A DNA stretch of 64,000 nucleotides from Candidatus Sericytochromatia bacterium (GTDB lineage: Bacteria > Cyanobacteriota > Sericytochromatia > UBA7694 > JACMQJ01). Positions 10,420 to 21,067 of the stretch are shown one piece after another. The notes under the pieces were generated by a model. The model was not told the origin of the DNA. It did not search any database and saw only the letters and a list, made by a program, of their open reading frames with translations. The position numbers were made by a program, and so were the translations under genes. Position 1 is the stretch's first letter; each line of letters opens with the position of its first letter. The DNA is taken from contig JAXLXG010000016.1 of assembly GCA_046328075.1 (NCBI GenBank), forward strand, positions 55,196 through 119,195. The letters are read 5' to 3'.

Positions 10420-12054
10420 TTAAAGAAAGGTTTCTACAAGCTCCTTAAGAGATTTATGTTGAGTAAATATTATTCTAAAAGTCATATGAAATTGAATAGC
10501 AGATATATCATCTATATCAACTTGATAACCTAGAGAATTTAAGCTTGGACTATAATCATTACTAAAAATTTTATTTAAAATATTTTCTGCTTTAATATTT
10601 AATTTTTGATACTTTCTTATTATTAGTTCTTCTAATAGATTTTTTGTATCATTAAGAATATTAGGGAAAAATTCTCTTAGATAGGCAATAGCTAAATTAT
10701 TTGCTACCCATTCTTCATACCATGAATCTTTTGTGATTCTACCAGATTGATTTCGCCAGTAGTGAAATATTTCATGAGCCATTACAAATGTAGATTCATC
10801 AATAAGTACCTTTTCTAATTTATCTAAGTCCTCCATTCCTAGAACTTTAGATTGTATAGGTAGAATATCTTCTTTAAATCCTTCTAAATCTGAATAATAT
10901 ATTATATTTCTTTTACTCTCATACATCCATTGTGGTAAGTGCCAAGGAATTAAAGAAGGCTGTTCAGGAGGTTTAAATTCAACCATATTAATAAAAAATG
11001 TATTTACTAAATTCTTTATAAATAGATCATAATCACGATTTGGATGAATAATAGAACTAGTTTCCTCTATTTCCTTAACTTTATAAATAGAGTTAGATAA
11101 ATAGTCAATTAAATAAAGAACTGCTCTCATACTAGGGGTATTTAAATTTAATTGTGAAATGTTATTATGCACATTTACTCTAAATACTTCTATAGTTTCA
11201 GCAGATTTTTTAATAGCACCGATACTATATATTAACTCTCTAATACCTTTAAGAGAATCTGGTAATTGAGCTTTTAAATTATTTAATTTATCAAGTTCTT
11301 CATTATTTGCCATTTCTAAAAAGCAAGATATTGGGTAGGTTACTTTATTAGTGAGTAAATCTGGACTAATTTTTTTCCCATAGATATCTTTTATATCATC
11401 AACTATTTGAAAAATGATAACCATTTCTTCAGCGATATTTTTTATTTTTTGTATAGTTTCATTATCACAGTCTGAATAAATAGCTGCACAGACAGCTATA
11501 AGCGAAAAGCTTGAGGATTTTTCTTTTTGCATATTTATAACATCTTGTGGGGTTTTAGTTGAGTCAATCCCTATTAAATCTTTATGTTGCCCTTTTACTG
11601 CTAATAATGATGCTTGATTAAAAACTTTTAAATATAATATTTTTTTATCTATATTTTCTTCAATTGTAATAACTTGCCTTAAAAAGTCTAAGCTTAAGAA
11701 TAATAAGGTTATAGCATTATTAACTGCTATAGGTACTCCAACTTTTTCATGAGGTTTACCTACCAAATCATTATCTTGAATATCATCAAAAAGATCTAGT
11801 GAAACTATATACAAAGTACAAAAAGCTCCTAATAATATAGACTTTTCGTCAAGATTTTTATTAAAGCTTTTTGTAATTAAATAAAAAATAGAAATGGATG
11901 TGGTAAAAAGATCTGTTTCTGATTTATTTTGATATATATCAAAAGTTTGTTCTAAAAGATTTAACTGTAACTCATCAAAATTATTTTCATTAAATGAGAG
12001 AAGGACTTTATCTTTTATATCAGAAAAAAATTCAGCTAAGCTTTTATTTTTCAA
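10420..12054 (-). CDS. Fusion protein: trans-polyprenyl diphosphate synthase-like N-domain plus C-terminal HExxH putative metallopeptidase-like domain
   Basis: First Asp-rich motif LDLFDDIQDNDLVGKPH (compare LHDDxxDxxxxRRGKP) and second motif FQIVDDIKD (compare FQIxDDxxD). The C-terminal region carries VMAHEIFHYW, an HExxH motif. Confidence 0.55.
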   Translation of the reverse strand: MKNKSLAEFFSDIKDKVLLSFNENNFDELQLNLLEQTFDIYQNKSETDLFTTSISIFYLITKSFNKNLDEKSILLGAFCTLYIVSLDLFDDIQDNDLVGKPHEKVGVPIAVNNAITLLFLSLDFLRQVITIEENIDKKILYLKVFNQASLLAVKGQHKDLIGIDSTKTPQDVINMQKEKSSSFSLIAVCAAIYSDCDNETIQKIKNIAEEMVIIFQIVDDIKDIYGKKISPDLLTNKVTYPISCFLEMANNEELDKLNNLKAQLPDSLKGIRELIYSIGAIKKSAETIEVFRVNVHNNISQLNLNTPSMRAVLYLIDYLSNSIYKVKEIEETSSIIHPNRDYDLFIKNLVNTFFINMVEFKPPEQPSLIPWHLPQWMYESKRNIIYYSDLEGFKEDILPIQSKVLGMEDLDKLEKVLIDESTFVMAHEIFHYWRNQSGRITKDSWYEEWVANNLAIAYLREFFPNILNDTKNLLEELIIRKYQKLNIKAENILNKIFSNDYSPSLNSLGYQVDIDDISAIQFHMTFRIIFTQHKSLKELVETFL

Positions 12055-12424
12055 AAGATAAAGTCCTTTGTAATATCAATAATAAATATTAGGTATATAA
12101 TAATCCTTTTGATTCTTCAACATCTAAATTTTGTTCAATTTCTTCAACTGTGTGTAATTCTAATTCCATTTTTACTTACCTCATTAAATAAAATGATTGA
12201 TATTTCTATCATATATTGAATGTGTCAGAAAACACAATATAAACATTCGTTAATTAACTGAAATTTAACTGAGTTAAAATTAAATTATCTATAACTTAAT
12301 TACTATTAAAATGAAAAAGTTTACATTTTTATAAATTATTTAACTCAATAATTCTTTTGATATTAGCAACTTTTTTTAGTTTTTCACAATAATTTATATA
12401 TAGTATTTTAAGGAAAAGTTTTTT

Positions 12425-15400
12425 ATGACAGGTATTGATCCAAGAAGAATAAGTTTTGGAAATGATGTAAAACTAGGTAAAACAAATAACACACCTACTC
12501 AGGACAAGACTATTGATTTAACTTTATTAAGTAAAGATGAAGATTTAGAGTCTATAAATAAATTTATTGCAGATATTGAAAAATCTGATGATAAAAGTGT
12601 TGATATAAAAAGTTGGAATATTAAAGTTTCGGATCAATATATTGATCTATCGTCTAACCCTAAAGAAGCTCTTAAGATAATGAAAGACCTTAAAAAGTCC
12701 ATAGAAAATAGTGATACTAAATTCAAGGGTGATATAAAACTAAATGGGAAAGACCCTTTAGAAATATTTTTTAAGCAAGTAAATATTAATACATCTTTTA
12801 CAAATCAAAAGTTTGGAGAGCATGATACTGATGGTTATACATTAAACCCTGTAGATAATACAATATTAAATGTATTCACAGAAGACTCGGATAGAGTAAA
12901 TGATATTGTAGTTGGTTCACCACTTAATGTTTTTAGTAGTGTTACTGATGCTGAAAACTTTGCAAAAAAAGAAAAAGGAACAGAGATAATTTTAAAAAAT
13001 AAAGACAATTTATATGTTGTTTATCAAGTAAATAGAAAAGAAAATAGTAGGGAATATAAATCTTCTGATAACTCATCAATAACAGCAGATAATTTTACAG
13101 AAAATCACTCAAGATTTAATAAAGATTTCTTAAAAAATGTTCAAGCTTCAAAAGGTTTTATGATTACTGATGATAATAAAACTCTTGAAATAGCTGGTCA
13201 AACAGGTGTTGAAGTTGATAAAGCTGATTATTCGGTTGTTAAAGCTGATATGCAGTTAAGAATGGTTGATATTAATGGTATTCAAAATACAAATGGTTTA
13301 TATGATTGGCAAGGTACTCTTAATGGAGTTGTTTCAATTGACGTAAAAGCTAAAATGGAAGAAGTTTTAAATAAATTAGATCTACCAAAAGGAACAAGAG
13401 TAAATGTTGATTATGATGAAAAAGATAAATCTTTCCTTGTTAAGCTAAACTATGAAATTGTCAGTGAAAGAATTGGAGAATTAACAGCTCTAAAAATCAA
13501 ACCTAATGAAAATGGAAGTCTTAGTATAAGTTCATTTGGAGTTCTAAATGCAAATCTAAATCTTACAGATGGTGTTGCTGTTAGTGCAGGTGTAGATTTA
13601 CCATTTTTACCTGCTGTAAATGCTAATGGTTCTGTATCAATGAAAGAAAATGATAAAATATCAGCTAATGCAGGAGTAAGTGTTACAACAACGCCTCTTA
13701 TACCATTTAACCCTGTTGGCTTTAACTTTGGTGCTAAGTTTAACCCTGATATGACAAAAGGTGAAAATAATAAATATCAAGTTAATCCAAATTTAGGTTC
13801 TGATAAAAATGTATTTATCCCTATAGAAACAAAAGGTATTTTAATTCCTGATTTTGTAGAAGATAAAACAGCAGAATGGGAAAACTCAGCACATAAAACT
13901 ATAGCAAGTTCTATTATAAGTGTTGCAGAAAGTATGGAGAAAGCAGGTTTTATAGTACCTAAAGAATTAAAAGATGTAAAATCAAGAATATCTAGTTGGG
14001 GAACTAATCCAGCACAAGATAAAAAAGATAAACAAGTTATAAATGATTTTGTTAATGGAAAAATAAAACTTGAATATGATTTATCAAAACAAATGAATCT
14101 TAAGGGTTTTCCAAATGCAAGTATCAATCAATTTGATCCTAATATTAAATTTGATACAGATGGGAAAAAGCTAAATATTGTTTTTGATAATTCAAAATTA
14201 ATTGCAAGTTCTGATGGTTTAGCAAAAGAAAAAGCTGTAACAGATACTCCTGATGGATTATCTGTAAATGCTTCTGTAAATTTAAATAACACAACTGCTT
14301 CTGTTAAATCAGACGCACATTTAGAGCTTAATGTAAGCGAAAAAGAAAGAAAAGATTTTTCAAATAAATTAGAAGAAATGGGCTTTAACCCTAGTAAAGC
14401 TGATATTTCAGGTAAATTAACTGTTGATGCTAAGTTAAACTCTAAACTTGAAAATACAAATGATTTAAGTAAAATAAATGCTCAAGCAACTATTGATGTT
14501 AAAGCAAATGATGTAAATATATATGTTCCAAATACAGAGACAAGAATTACTCTTAATAAAGCAGATGCAAAAGGTAATTTAGAAGTTGTTCAAGATGGTA
14601 AAAATACTTCCCTTAAAGCAGGAACAGAGGTTTCTTTATCAGGTTTTAAAGTGTCACAAAAAAATGAAAATTTAGTTTCACTTCAAGGAGCAAAGTTTAA
14701 AGGTAATTTATCATATAAAGCAATTGAAACCATTAATGAAGATAAACAAAAATCAACCAAGACTCAAGTAATAGTGCAAGGTAGACTAGATGTTAATAAG
14801 GGTAAATACGATAACTTTACTGCCGAAAAATTAGCAGTTGATGGTCTTGTTGCTTATACAGAAAGAGAAGGTGTAAGTTTTTCAGGAGCAACAACAGAAG
14901 CAGCATTAAAGGTATCAGGTCATATAAAAAACCCTGACATGAAAACAGATTTACATATAAAAAATATAACAGGTTATGGAAAAATTGATGTTGATCAGAA
15001 TGGTAATATTAAAAATGCTGAAATAAAAGCTGGTGGTTATAAAGGTTCTACTTTTAGTGTTAGTGGAAAAGTTAATGATAAAGAACTTATAGTTGATGCT
15101 GATCTAAAATTAAAAGGTAGTATAAAAGTAAACCAAGATGGAGAAAAAATAAGCCTAAATGTAAATGGCAGTATCAATCAATTAAAACTAGGTGATATTA
15201 ACTTAGAAAATGTAAATAATATAAACTCAAGTTTAGTTTATGATTCAAAAACTAATACTGTTACTATTACGTCAAAAAATGATAAAGACTTAGATATTAG
15301 TGGAAAAATAAATGGTGAAGACTTTGTCTTTAAAGGTGATAAAACAATAACTTTCCAATTTGATAAAACAACAGGAAAATTATCATTTATACCAACAGCT

Positions 15401-17746
15401 AAGGTTGAATTATTAAAAGTTGGTACGTTTGAATTAAAAGAGGCTGAATTAAGTGGCTCTAAACTATCCATAATACCTACTGATAATAATAGTAAAATAA
15501 CTCTTGAATCTGTTGAGGGGCAGGATATACAGTTAAAAGGTAAGTTTATAAATGCTAAACAAGAAACACCTGTAGATATTAAAGGTAAAGGTTCTATTGA
15601 AATAAACACAGAAAAAATAAACAATAAAAATGTTTATTCTGTAACTTCAAATACAAGTTTTGAAAAGTTTCAAATAGGTGATACTTTTTTTAAAGATGCT
15701 TCTTTAGAAGGAAAAGTTACTTATGATGGACAAAATATCACTCTTTCTAGTGCCGACAATAATGGTTATCTAAAATTAAAAGCAACTCAAGTTAATGTTC
15801 ATACAAATAAAGAAAATATTTTAGACTTTGAAGCTAAAGGTAATTTAAGTTTAGTTCCAGATAAAGATAATAAATCAGGATTTAGTTTATCTTGTAAAGA
15901 AGTTGAGTTGAAAAAAGGAGTAATCAACAACTATTTAATTGAAGATGGAAAATTAAATGGAAAAATTGTTTATGCAAGAGATGAAGAAGAAAGAAGTTTA
16001 AAATTTGAAGGTTTGGATGATAAAAATCCACAACTAAATTTATCAGGAAAATTAACAAAAACTTATCAAGAAAATGGGGAAGATAAAAAATATGTAGCTC
16101 AAATTTCAGATCTTGGGATTAATGGTGGAATAGTATTTGAACAAAATAAATTAAAATTTACAGATATTAAAACAGATGTAAAAGGTTCAATTAATGGAGT
16201 TGATATAAATAATGTTTTAGTTACAAATACAAACCCTGATGGTTCTACAGATATTACTTTAACTGGTGATACTGATGGTTTAAATTTTGGTGGTTCAATT
16301 AAATTTAAACAAGATGAAAAAGGTAATATGATAATAACTTCTGCTGCTGAGAAAGGAAGTCTTAAAATGGGCTTTGGCAGTAAAGATGATATTATTAAAA
16401 TCCTTGATGATTTAGTTAAGATAAATTCTATAAAATCTTCAGCCCAATTAACTAGAGATATTGATAATATTAAACAACAACTTGCAGCATTCTCTACTCT
16501 TAATGTATCAGCAGATCTTCAAAAATTTAATATAGTTTATGATCCAAAATCAAAGCACTTAAATTTAACATCTGATCTTGAAGGTAAAATGGGTTCAAAG
16601 ATATTAATTGATAATAAAAATACAGATATTGATGTTAAGAGTGTTGATATACAAGGTAAATTAGTTGCAGATACAGAAACAAAACAATTACAAATAAATG
16701 AAGGTATCATGAAAGGAACGACTTCTAATATAGAAGAAATGGTTTTAGAGTCTCTTAGTAATGCTGGTGTAATACCTAAAGATTATAAAATAGATGATAA
16801 AAATAAAGTTGTTTTTAATCAAGGAAAAAATCAAGTAAATATAGACTTAGATAAAACAGGTATAGGTGATGATAGTAGAATAACAATGAAAACAGGTGTA
16901 AAAGTTGCTGGTGTTAATGTAAATATGAGATTATCAACAAAAATAACTGTTGAAAATATTGCTCCTGAAGGTCAGCCTCCTAAAAATGTTCTAAAAGTCC
17001 ATATAGATAAAAGCAGAGCAGGTGGAATAATAAATAGTATAGACTTAAATGGTAAAGCAAAATTATTTGGTTTTATTCCTTTAAACCTTAATAAGTCTAT
17101 TCATGGAAATAAGACCCCTTATCTTGATTATATAGAAACTCTAGATATTTCTAAAGAAAATAGTAAAGATGGATATGAACAAGTTAAAAAACAAAAAATA
17201 GAAGAGTTTTCAAAAACTTTAGCTCCAAATTTAAACGAAACTGAAAGAAATAAAAAAGTCAATAAATATCTAAAAGAAAACAATTTACAATCTTTTGATG
17301 AATATCAGAAGCATTATGGAGTTGTTCAATTACAAGATAATAAAACAGTTTTATTTGACTTATCAGAATATCTCAAAATAAAAACAGGTGGTCAGGTTAA
17401 TTTTGAAATAGAGCCAAGTCAAAACATTTTATCAGGAGATGAGAATGAAGATCATTTTCAATTAGGTTTTAAAGTTGTAGTTAATGATTTAGGTAATCCT
17501 GTAGCAGATTTACCAAAAGATGATAACGCTGCTAAAAATCTTGGTAATACACTTGAACAAATACCTGATATTTTAGAACAAACTACAAATGTATTTGAGC
17601 AAACTAATAATATTGCTACAGGTATTAATAAGACAACAAATAATACAGTAGAACAAACAATTAAACAAACAGATAATACTTTAAAGCAAATGAAAGGCAT
17701 AAATAATCAAGTAAAAAGTACAATTAATCAAGTTAAACCTAAGTAA
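12425..17746 (+). CDS. Giant repetitive beta-rich protein (1773 aa), probable surface, adhesin or effector-like; no obvious N-terminal signal peptide
   Basis: Single open ORF. Degenerate repeats of about 25-30 aa recur many times (G.I.V.QDG..S..G.., KGNL.., NGK..). Composition is Lys/Asn/Asp/Thr-rich. The C-terminal tail is Gln/Thr/Asn-rich (NTLEQIPDILEQTTNVFEQTNN...). Confidence 0.6.
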   Translation: MTGIDPRRISFGNDVKLGKTNNTPTQDKTIDLTLLSKDEDLESINKFIADIEKSDDKSVDIKSWNIKVSDQYIDLSSNPKEALKIMKDLKKSIENSDTKFKGDIKLNGKDPLEIFFKQVNINTSFTNQKFGEHDTDGYTLNPVDNTILNVFTEDSDRVNDIVVGSPLNVFSSVTDAENFAKKEKGTEIILKNKDNLYVVYQVNRKENSREYKSSDNSSITADNFTENHSRFNKDFLKNVQASKGFMITDDNKTLEIAGQTGVEVDKADYSVVKADMQLRMVDINGIQNTNGLYDWQGTLNGVVSIDVKAKMEEVLNKLDLPKGTRVNVDYDEKDKSFLVKLNYEIVSERIGELTALKIKPNENGSLSISSFGVLNANLNLTDGVAVSAGVDLPFLPAVNANGSVSMKENDKISANAGVSVTTTPLIPFNPVGFNFGAKFNPDMTKGENNKYQVNPNLGSDKNVFIPIETKGILIPDFVEDKTAEWENSAHKTIASSIISVAESMEKAGFIVPKELKDVKSRISSWGTNPAQDKKDKQVINDFVNGKIKLEYDLSKQMNLKGFPNASINQFDPNIKFDTDGKKLNIVFDNSKLIASSDGLAKEKAVTDTPDGLSVNASVNLNNTTASVKSDAHLELNVSEKERKDFSNKLEEMGFNPSKADISGKLTVDAKLNSKLENTNDLSKINAQATIDVKANDVNIYVPNTETRITLNKADAKGNLEVVQDGKNTSLKAGTEVSLSGFKVSQKNENLVSLQGAKFKGNLSYKAIETINEDKQKSTKTQVIVQGRLDVNKGKYDNFTAEKLAVDGLVAYTEREGVSFSGATTEAALKVSGHIKNPDMKTDLHIKNITGYGKIDVDQNGNIKNAEIKAGGYKGSTFSVSGKVNDKELIVDADLKLKGSIKVNQDGEKISLNVNGSINQLKLGDINLENVNNINSSLVYDSKTNTVTITSKNDKDLDISGKINGEDFVFKGDKTITFQFDKTTGKLSFIPTAKVELLKVGTFELKEAELSGSKLSIIPTDNNSKITLESVEGQDIQLKGKFINAKQETPVDIKGKGSIEINTEKINNKNVYSVTSNTSFEKFQIGDTFFKDASLEGKVTYDGQNITLSSADNNGYLKLKATQVNVHTNKENILDFEAKGNLSLVPDKDNKSGFSLSCKEVELKKGVINNYLIEDGKLNGKIVYARDEEERSLKFEGLDDKNPQLNLSGKLTKTYQENGEDKKYVAQISDLGINGGIVFEQNKLKFTDIKTDVKGSINGVDINNVLVTNTNPDGSTDITLTGDTDGLNFGGSIKFKQDEKGNMIITSAAEKGSLKMGFGSKDDIIKILDDLVKINSIKSSAQLTRDIDNIKQQLAAFSTLNVSADLQKFNIVYDPKSKHLNLTSDLEGKMGSKILIDNKNTDIDVKSVDIQGKLVADTETKQLQINEGIMKGTTSNIEEMVLESLSNAGVIPKDYKIDDKNKVVFNQGKNQVNIDLDKTGIGDDSRITMKTGVKVAGVNVNMRLSTKITVENIAPEGQPPKNVLKVHIDKSRAGGIINSIDLNGKAKLFGFIPLNLNKSIHGNKTPYLDYIETLDISKENSKDGYEQVKKQKIEEFSKTLAPNLNETERNKKVNKYLKENNLQSFDEYQKHYGVVQLQDNKTVLFDLSEYLKIKTGGQVNFEIEPSQNILSGDENEDHFQLGFKVVVNDLGNPVADLPKDDNAAKNLGNTLEQIPDILEQTTNVFEQTNNIATGINKTTNNTVEQTIKQTDNTLKQMKGINNQVKSTINQVKPK

Positions 17747-17761
17747 GAAAAATGATAAAAA

Positions 17762-19423
17762 TTAGTAATAAATAAATGTTTTAGGGAGTATTTGTTTTAT
17801 TCTTTCTTTTTCACTTTCATTATAAAGGTTAATGCTACCAATATTAAAAAGATGTAATTTTTTAAGGTTCTTTAGTTTTTTAAATGAATCTGGAATCCTA
17901 ATATAATTCTTTGTAACAATAAAAATTTCTTCAAGATTTGATAAATTAGAAATTTCTTCAGGTAAAAACCTTAAATTATCATTATTAATTTCTAAGTATT
18001 TTAGAGATTTTAATAAACCTATATCTCTAGGAATATTAAAATCGTAATAATGTGACGAACTGAGTCCAAAATCTATCCCTATTCTTAAACTTTCCAAATA
18101 TTTTAATTCAAGAAGTTTTGTAAAAAACTCTTTATCATTTACTGGTTTACTTAATGAAGTTGTTACTGATACATCAAGTTTTTTCAAATTAGATAATTCA
18201 TTAATAAAAATTGGAAATGAAGAATATGAGCCATTTATTTTTAATGATTCTAAATTTTTTAATTCTTTTATATTTGAAACATCTTTTTCTGTAGAATTAA
18301 AAATTGATAATTCTTTTATTTGTTTCAATAAAGAAATTTCTTTTGGATATTTTAATAAATAGTTAAATAAAACTAACTTCCTTAAATTGCTTAATTTACT
18401 TAGATTTATAAAAGAAGATGAGTTATCAAAGTCTACATTATTAAAATGACTATACCCTAAACTCAAATTTAAAGAAGATAAATTCTTCATATTTTGTATT
18501 TTTTCAGAAATTTCTACTTGCCTGTTTATATTTAAGTTAAGAGTATTTAAAGATTTTAAATTATATAAATTATCTAAACTATTCTTTAACTCAGAATCAT
18601 CAGAATTGTTTAGTTGTATAGTAATCTCTTTTAATGACTCTAAATTCTTAATATCTGTTGGAATATTTTCAATTGGATTTCTAGAAAGATCTAACGTTTC
18701 TAAGTTTTTAAGAGTAAAAATACTAAAAGGAATTTTTGTTAAATAATACTTTTCATTATCATATTGATATTCTAAAGATAACTCTTTTAAATTAATAAGT
18801 TTAGATATAGAGTCTGGTAAATCAGTAATTTTATTATAGGATAAATCTAGAGATTCCAAGCTAGTTAAATTACTTATACTTTTATCTACATTAATAATAT
18901 TATTCATCTTAAAACTAAGCGTTTTTAAATCTTTTAAATCATAAACATAGAACAAAGAAGAAATATCATTTAATTTACATCTTAAAACCTCTAAAGATCT
19001 AAGTTTTTTATAATTATTAATATTTGGTAAACTATAAATATTTTTATCTCTAACACTAATACCAACTACTTGATAAGGAGGGCTATAATTATTATCAAAT
19101 GAATAACTCAATATATCATAAATACTAATATATTCAGTCTTTTTATTATCTTTAATATTTTCAATCTTATTTTTAGGGAATATTATATCTTTCTTTATAG
19201 TGTTAAATTTATTTAAATCAACTTCATTAGGTGAATTTTTTTTTAGTTTATCTAGATAAAAGTTATTTTTTAAATGATTATTTTCTTTAATAGAATCTTT
19301 AATCTTTTTCTTAAGTTTTTCTTTAGAGTATAAAGTGTCATTATTTATAGTTATAATTTCTTCTGAATAACTATAAGATGTATTTAATAATAATGGAACA
19401 ATAATAATTATTATTTTTCTCAT
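17762..19423 (-). CDS. Secreted leucine-rich repeat (LRR) protein
   Basis: Signal peptide MRKIIIIIVPLLLNTSYSYS. About 20 tandem LRR units of 22-24 aa (L..L..L.L..N.I..IP..I..L). Confidence 0.75.
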   Translation of the reverse strand: MRKIIIIIVPLLLNTSYSYSEEIITINNDTLYSKEKLKKKIKDSIKENNHLKNNFYLDKLKKNSPNEVDLNKFNTIKKDIIFPKNKIENIKDNKKTEYISIYDILSYSFDNNYSPPYQVVGISVRDKNIYSLPNINNYKKLRSLEVLRCKLNDISSLFYVYDLKDLKTLSFKMNNIINVDKSISNLTSLESLDLSYNKITDLPDSISKLINLKELSLEYQYDNEKYYLTKIPFSIFTLKNLETLDLSRNPIENIPTDIKNLESLKEITIQLNNSDDSELKNSLDNLYNLKSLNTLNLNINRQVEISEKIQNMKNLSSLNLSLGYSHFNNVDFDNSSSFINLSKLSNLRKLVLFNYLLKYPKEISLLKQIKELSIFNSTEKDVSNIKELKNLESLKINGSYSSFPIFINELSNLKKLDVSVTTSLSKPVNDKEFFTKLLELKYLESLRIGIDFGLSSSHYYDFNIPRDIGLLKSLKYLEINNDNLRFLPEEISNLSNLEEIFIVTKNYIRIPDSFKKLKNLKKLHLFNIGSINLYNESEKERIKQILPKTFIYY

Positions 19424-19633
19424 TTATTTAATTTCTCCAAAAATTAATTTCTTTATTACAATACCTTAGATACTTTTTATAACATATGCCTGAAACCTAG
19501 ATTCTATGATAAATTATTTTAAAATATATAAATGTAAATACTAGGTTTCAAGAATTATGTCTAAGGTATTGTTATTATAAAACAAATATTAAAAGATCAC
19601 ACTAATAATTTAAAGGTTATATATAATACCGCC

Positions 19634-19649
19634 TATAGTATATACTATA
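19634..19649. promoter_or_regulatory. Perfect 16-bp palindrome TATAGTATATACTATA about 35 bp upstream of the csoR-like gene; candidate operator
   Basis: The sequence is its own reverse complement. It sits in the divergent intergenic region between the LRR gene and the CsoR/RcnR-family repressor gene. Confidence 0.35.
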
Positions 19650-19685
19650 ATTAATAGTTATAGTTTAGAAAATAGATGGTATTTT

Positions 19686-19976
19686 ATGAAAGATAAAAAA
19701 ATTACTGAAATTGAAGAAACTAATAATAAAGAGTTAGTTCATAGACTTAATAGAATTATTGGACAGCTAGAATCTATTAAAAGAGGATTACAAGTTAATG
19801 AAGAAATGGATTGTATTCAAACAATAAGGCTATTAAAAGCAGCTAATAATGCTATAAAAAAATTTGGTGAAGCTTATGTTGGAGAACATCTTACTACTTG
19901 TATTAATAAAGGTGTTTCACCAAAAGAAATTGAAAAAGGTCTAAAAGATGTTATTGGTTCTGCATTTAATATGTAG
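19686..19976 (+). CDS. CsoR/RcnR/FrmR-family metal-sensing transcriptional repressor (DUF156)
   Basis: 96 aa with the family pattern LV.RLNRI.GQ..SI.R......C......L.A...A........HL..C. Conserved Cys/His positions are present (C-43, H-68, C-72). Confidence 0.7.
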   Translation: MKDKKITEIEETNNKELVHRLNRIIGQLESIKRGLQVNEEMDCIQTIRLLKAANNAIKKFGEAYVGEHLTTCINKGVSPKEIEKGLKDVIGSAFNM

Positions 19977-20101
19977 GTATATTTAGTAGAACAATGATTA
20001 AAGAAAAATCAAAATAGACAAATAAAACTTTACTAATTTTGTAGTATAGTTTATACAATACATAATAAATATTTTTTGATAAAGTAGCATCTGAATAAAT
20101 T

Positions 20102-21064
20102 ATGAATATTGCCATTAATGTTGAAAATCTTGTAAAAATATATAAGGTTGGATTTTGGGCTAAAAAAGTTAGAGTTCTTGATGGAGTTAGCTTTAATGTT
20201 GAAAAAGGAAGTACCTTTGGTTTACTTGGTCCAAATGGAGCCGGAAAAACAACTACCTTAAAAGCTCTTGTCGGTTTAACAAGCCCAACTAAGGGAAAAG
20301 TACAAGTTCTTGGTAAATCTCCTAAAGATATTAAAAATCATAAAAGAGTTGGGTATTTACCAGAAAGCCCATATATTTATAATTATCTTACAGGTAATGA
20401 GTTTTTAAATTTTTGTGGTGCATTACATCAAATGCAAGGTAAAGCTCTAAACTCAAGAATTATAGAAATGTTAGATTTAGTAGGACTAGATAAAAGCTCT
20501 GCTAATAAACAACTTAAAACATATTCAAAAGGTATGCTTCAAAGAATTGGAATTGCTCAATCTCTAATTAATGATCCAGAATTAGTTTTTTTTGATGAGC
20601 CAATGTCAGGTTTAGATCCAATCGGTCGCCATGAAGTAAAAGAAATAATGAAATTATTAAAAAAACAAAATAAAACAGTATTTTTTAATACTCATATACT
20701 TTCAGATGTTGAAGAACTTTGTGACAATATTGCTATTATGGTTAAGGGAAAGATTGTGAAGCAAGGCACTATTGAACAAATTCTTACTCAAACAGATAAT
20801 TTACTTAATTTAAGAATAAAAGGTCTTAATACAATGGGAAAAACCAATGTAAAAAGAATATCTCTAAAGTTACAAAAAACAGAGAATGAAGATGAAATTA
20901 TAGCAATTTTTAATGATATAGATTCTGTTATGAAGGGAATGACTATTGCAAAACAATCTGGTGGCACTATTGTTTCAATGAATCCTTCTAAATCAAGCTT
21001 AGAACAAATATTTGTACAATTAGTTAATGAAAATTCTGCAAAAGTTGAAGTAAAAAAAGGATAA
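20102..21064 (+). CDS. ABC transporter ATP-binding protein (ABC-2 exporter type)
   Basis: Walker A GPNGAGKTT, ABC signature YSKGMLQR, Walker B LVFFDEP, H-loop. Confidence 0.85.
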   Translation: MNIAINVENLVKIYKVGFWAKKVRVLDGVSFNVEKGSTFGLLGPNGAGKTTTLKALVGLTSPTKGKVQVLGKSPKDIKNHKRVGYLPESPYIYNYLTGNEFLNFCGALHQMQGKALNSRIIEMLDLVGLDKSSANKQLKTYSKGMLQRIGIAQSLINDPELVFFDEPMSGLDPIGRHEVKEIMKLLKKQNKTVFFNTHILSDVEELCDNIAIMVKGKIVKQGTIEQILTQTDNLLNLRIKGLNTMGKTNVKRISLKLQKTENEDEIIAIFNDIDSVMKGMTIAKQSGGTIVSMNPSKSSLEQIFVQLVNENSAKVEVKKG

Positions 21065-21067
21065 ATT

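Noticed and set aside
13777-17700. Minus-strand ORFs (116, 128 and 80 aa) inside the 1773-aa gene, and similar antisense ORFs inside the 1035-aa gene (50708-53387)
   Set aside because: They are fully contained in long, confidently coding + strand genes, have low-complexity translations and lack starts with RBS. Treated as spurious.
19424-19685. CRISPR array or other tandem repeat in AT-rich intergenic spacers
   Set aside because: Only short AT-rich low-complexity sequence and a single palindrome. No repeat-spacer periodicity anywhere in the window.
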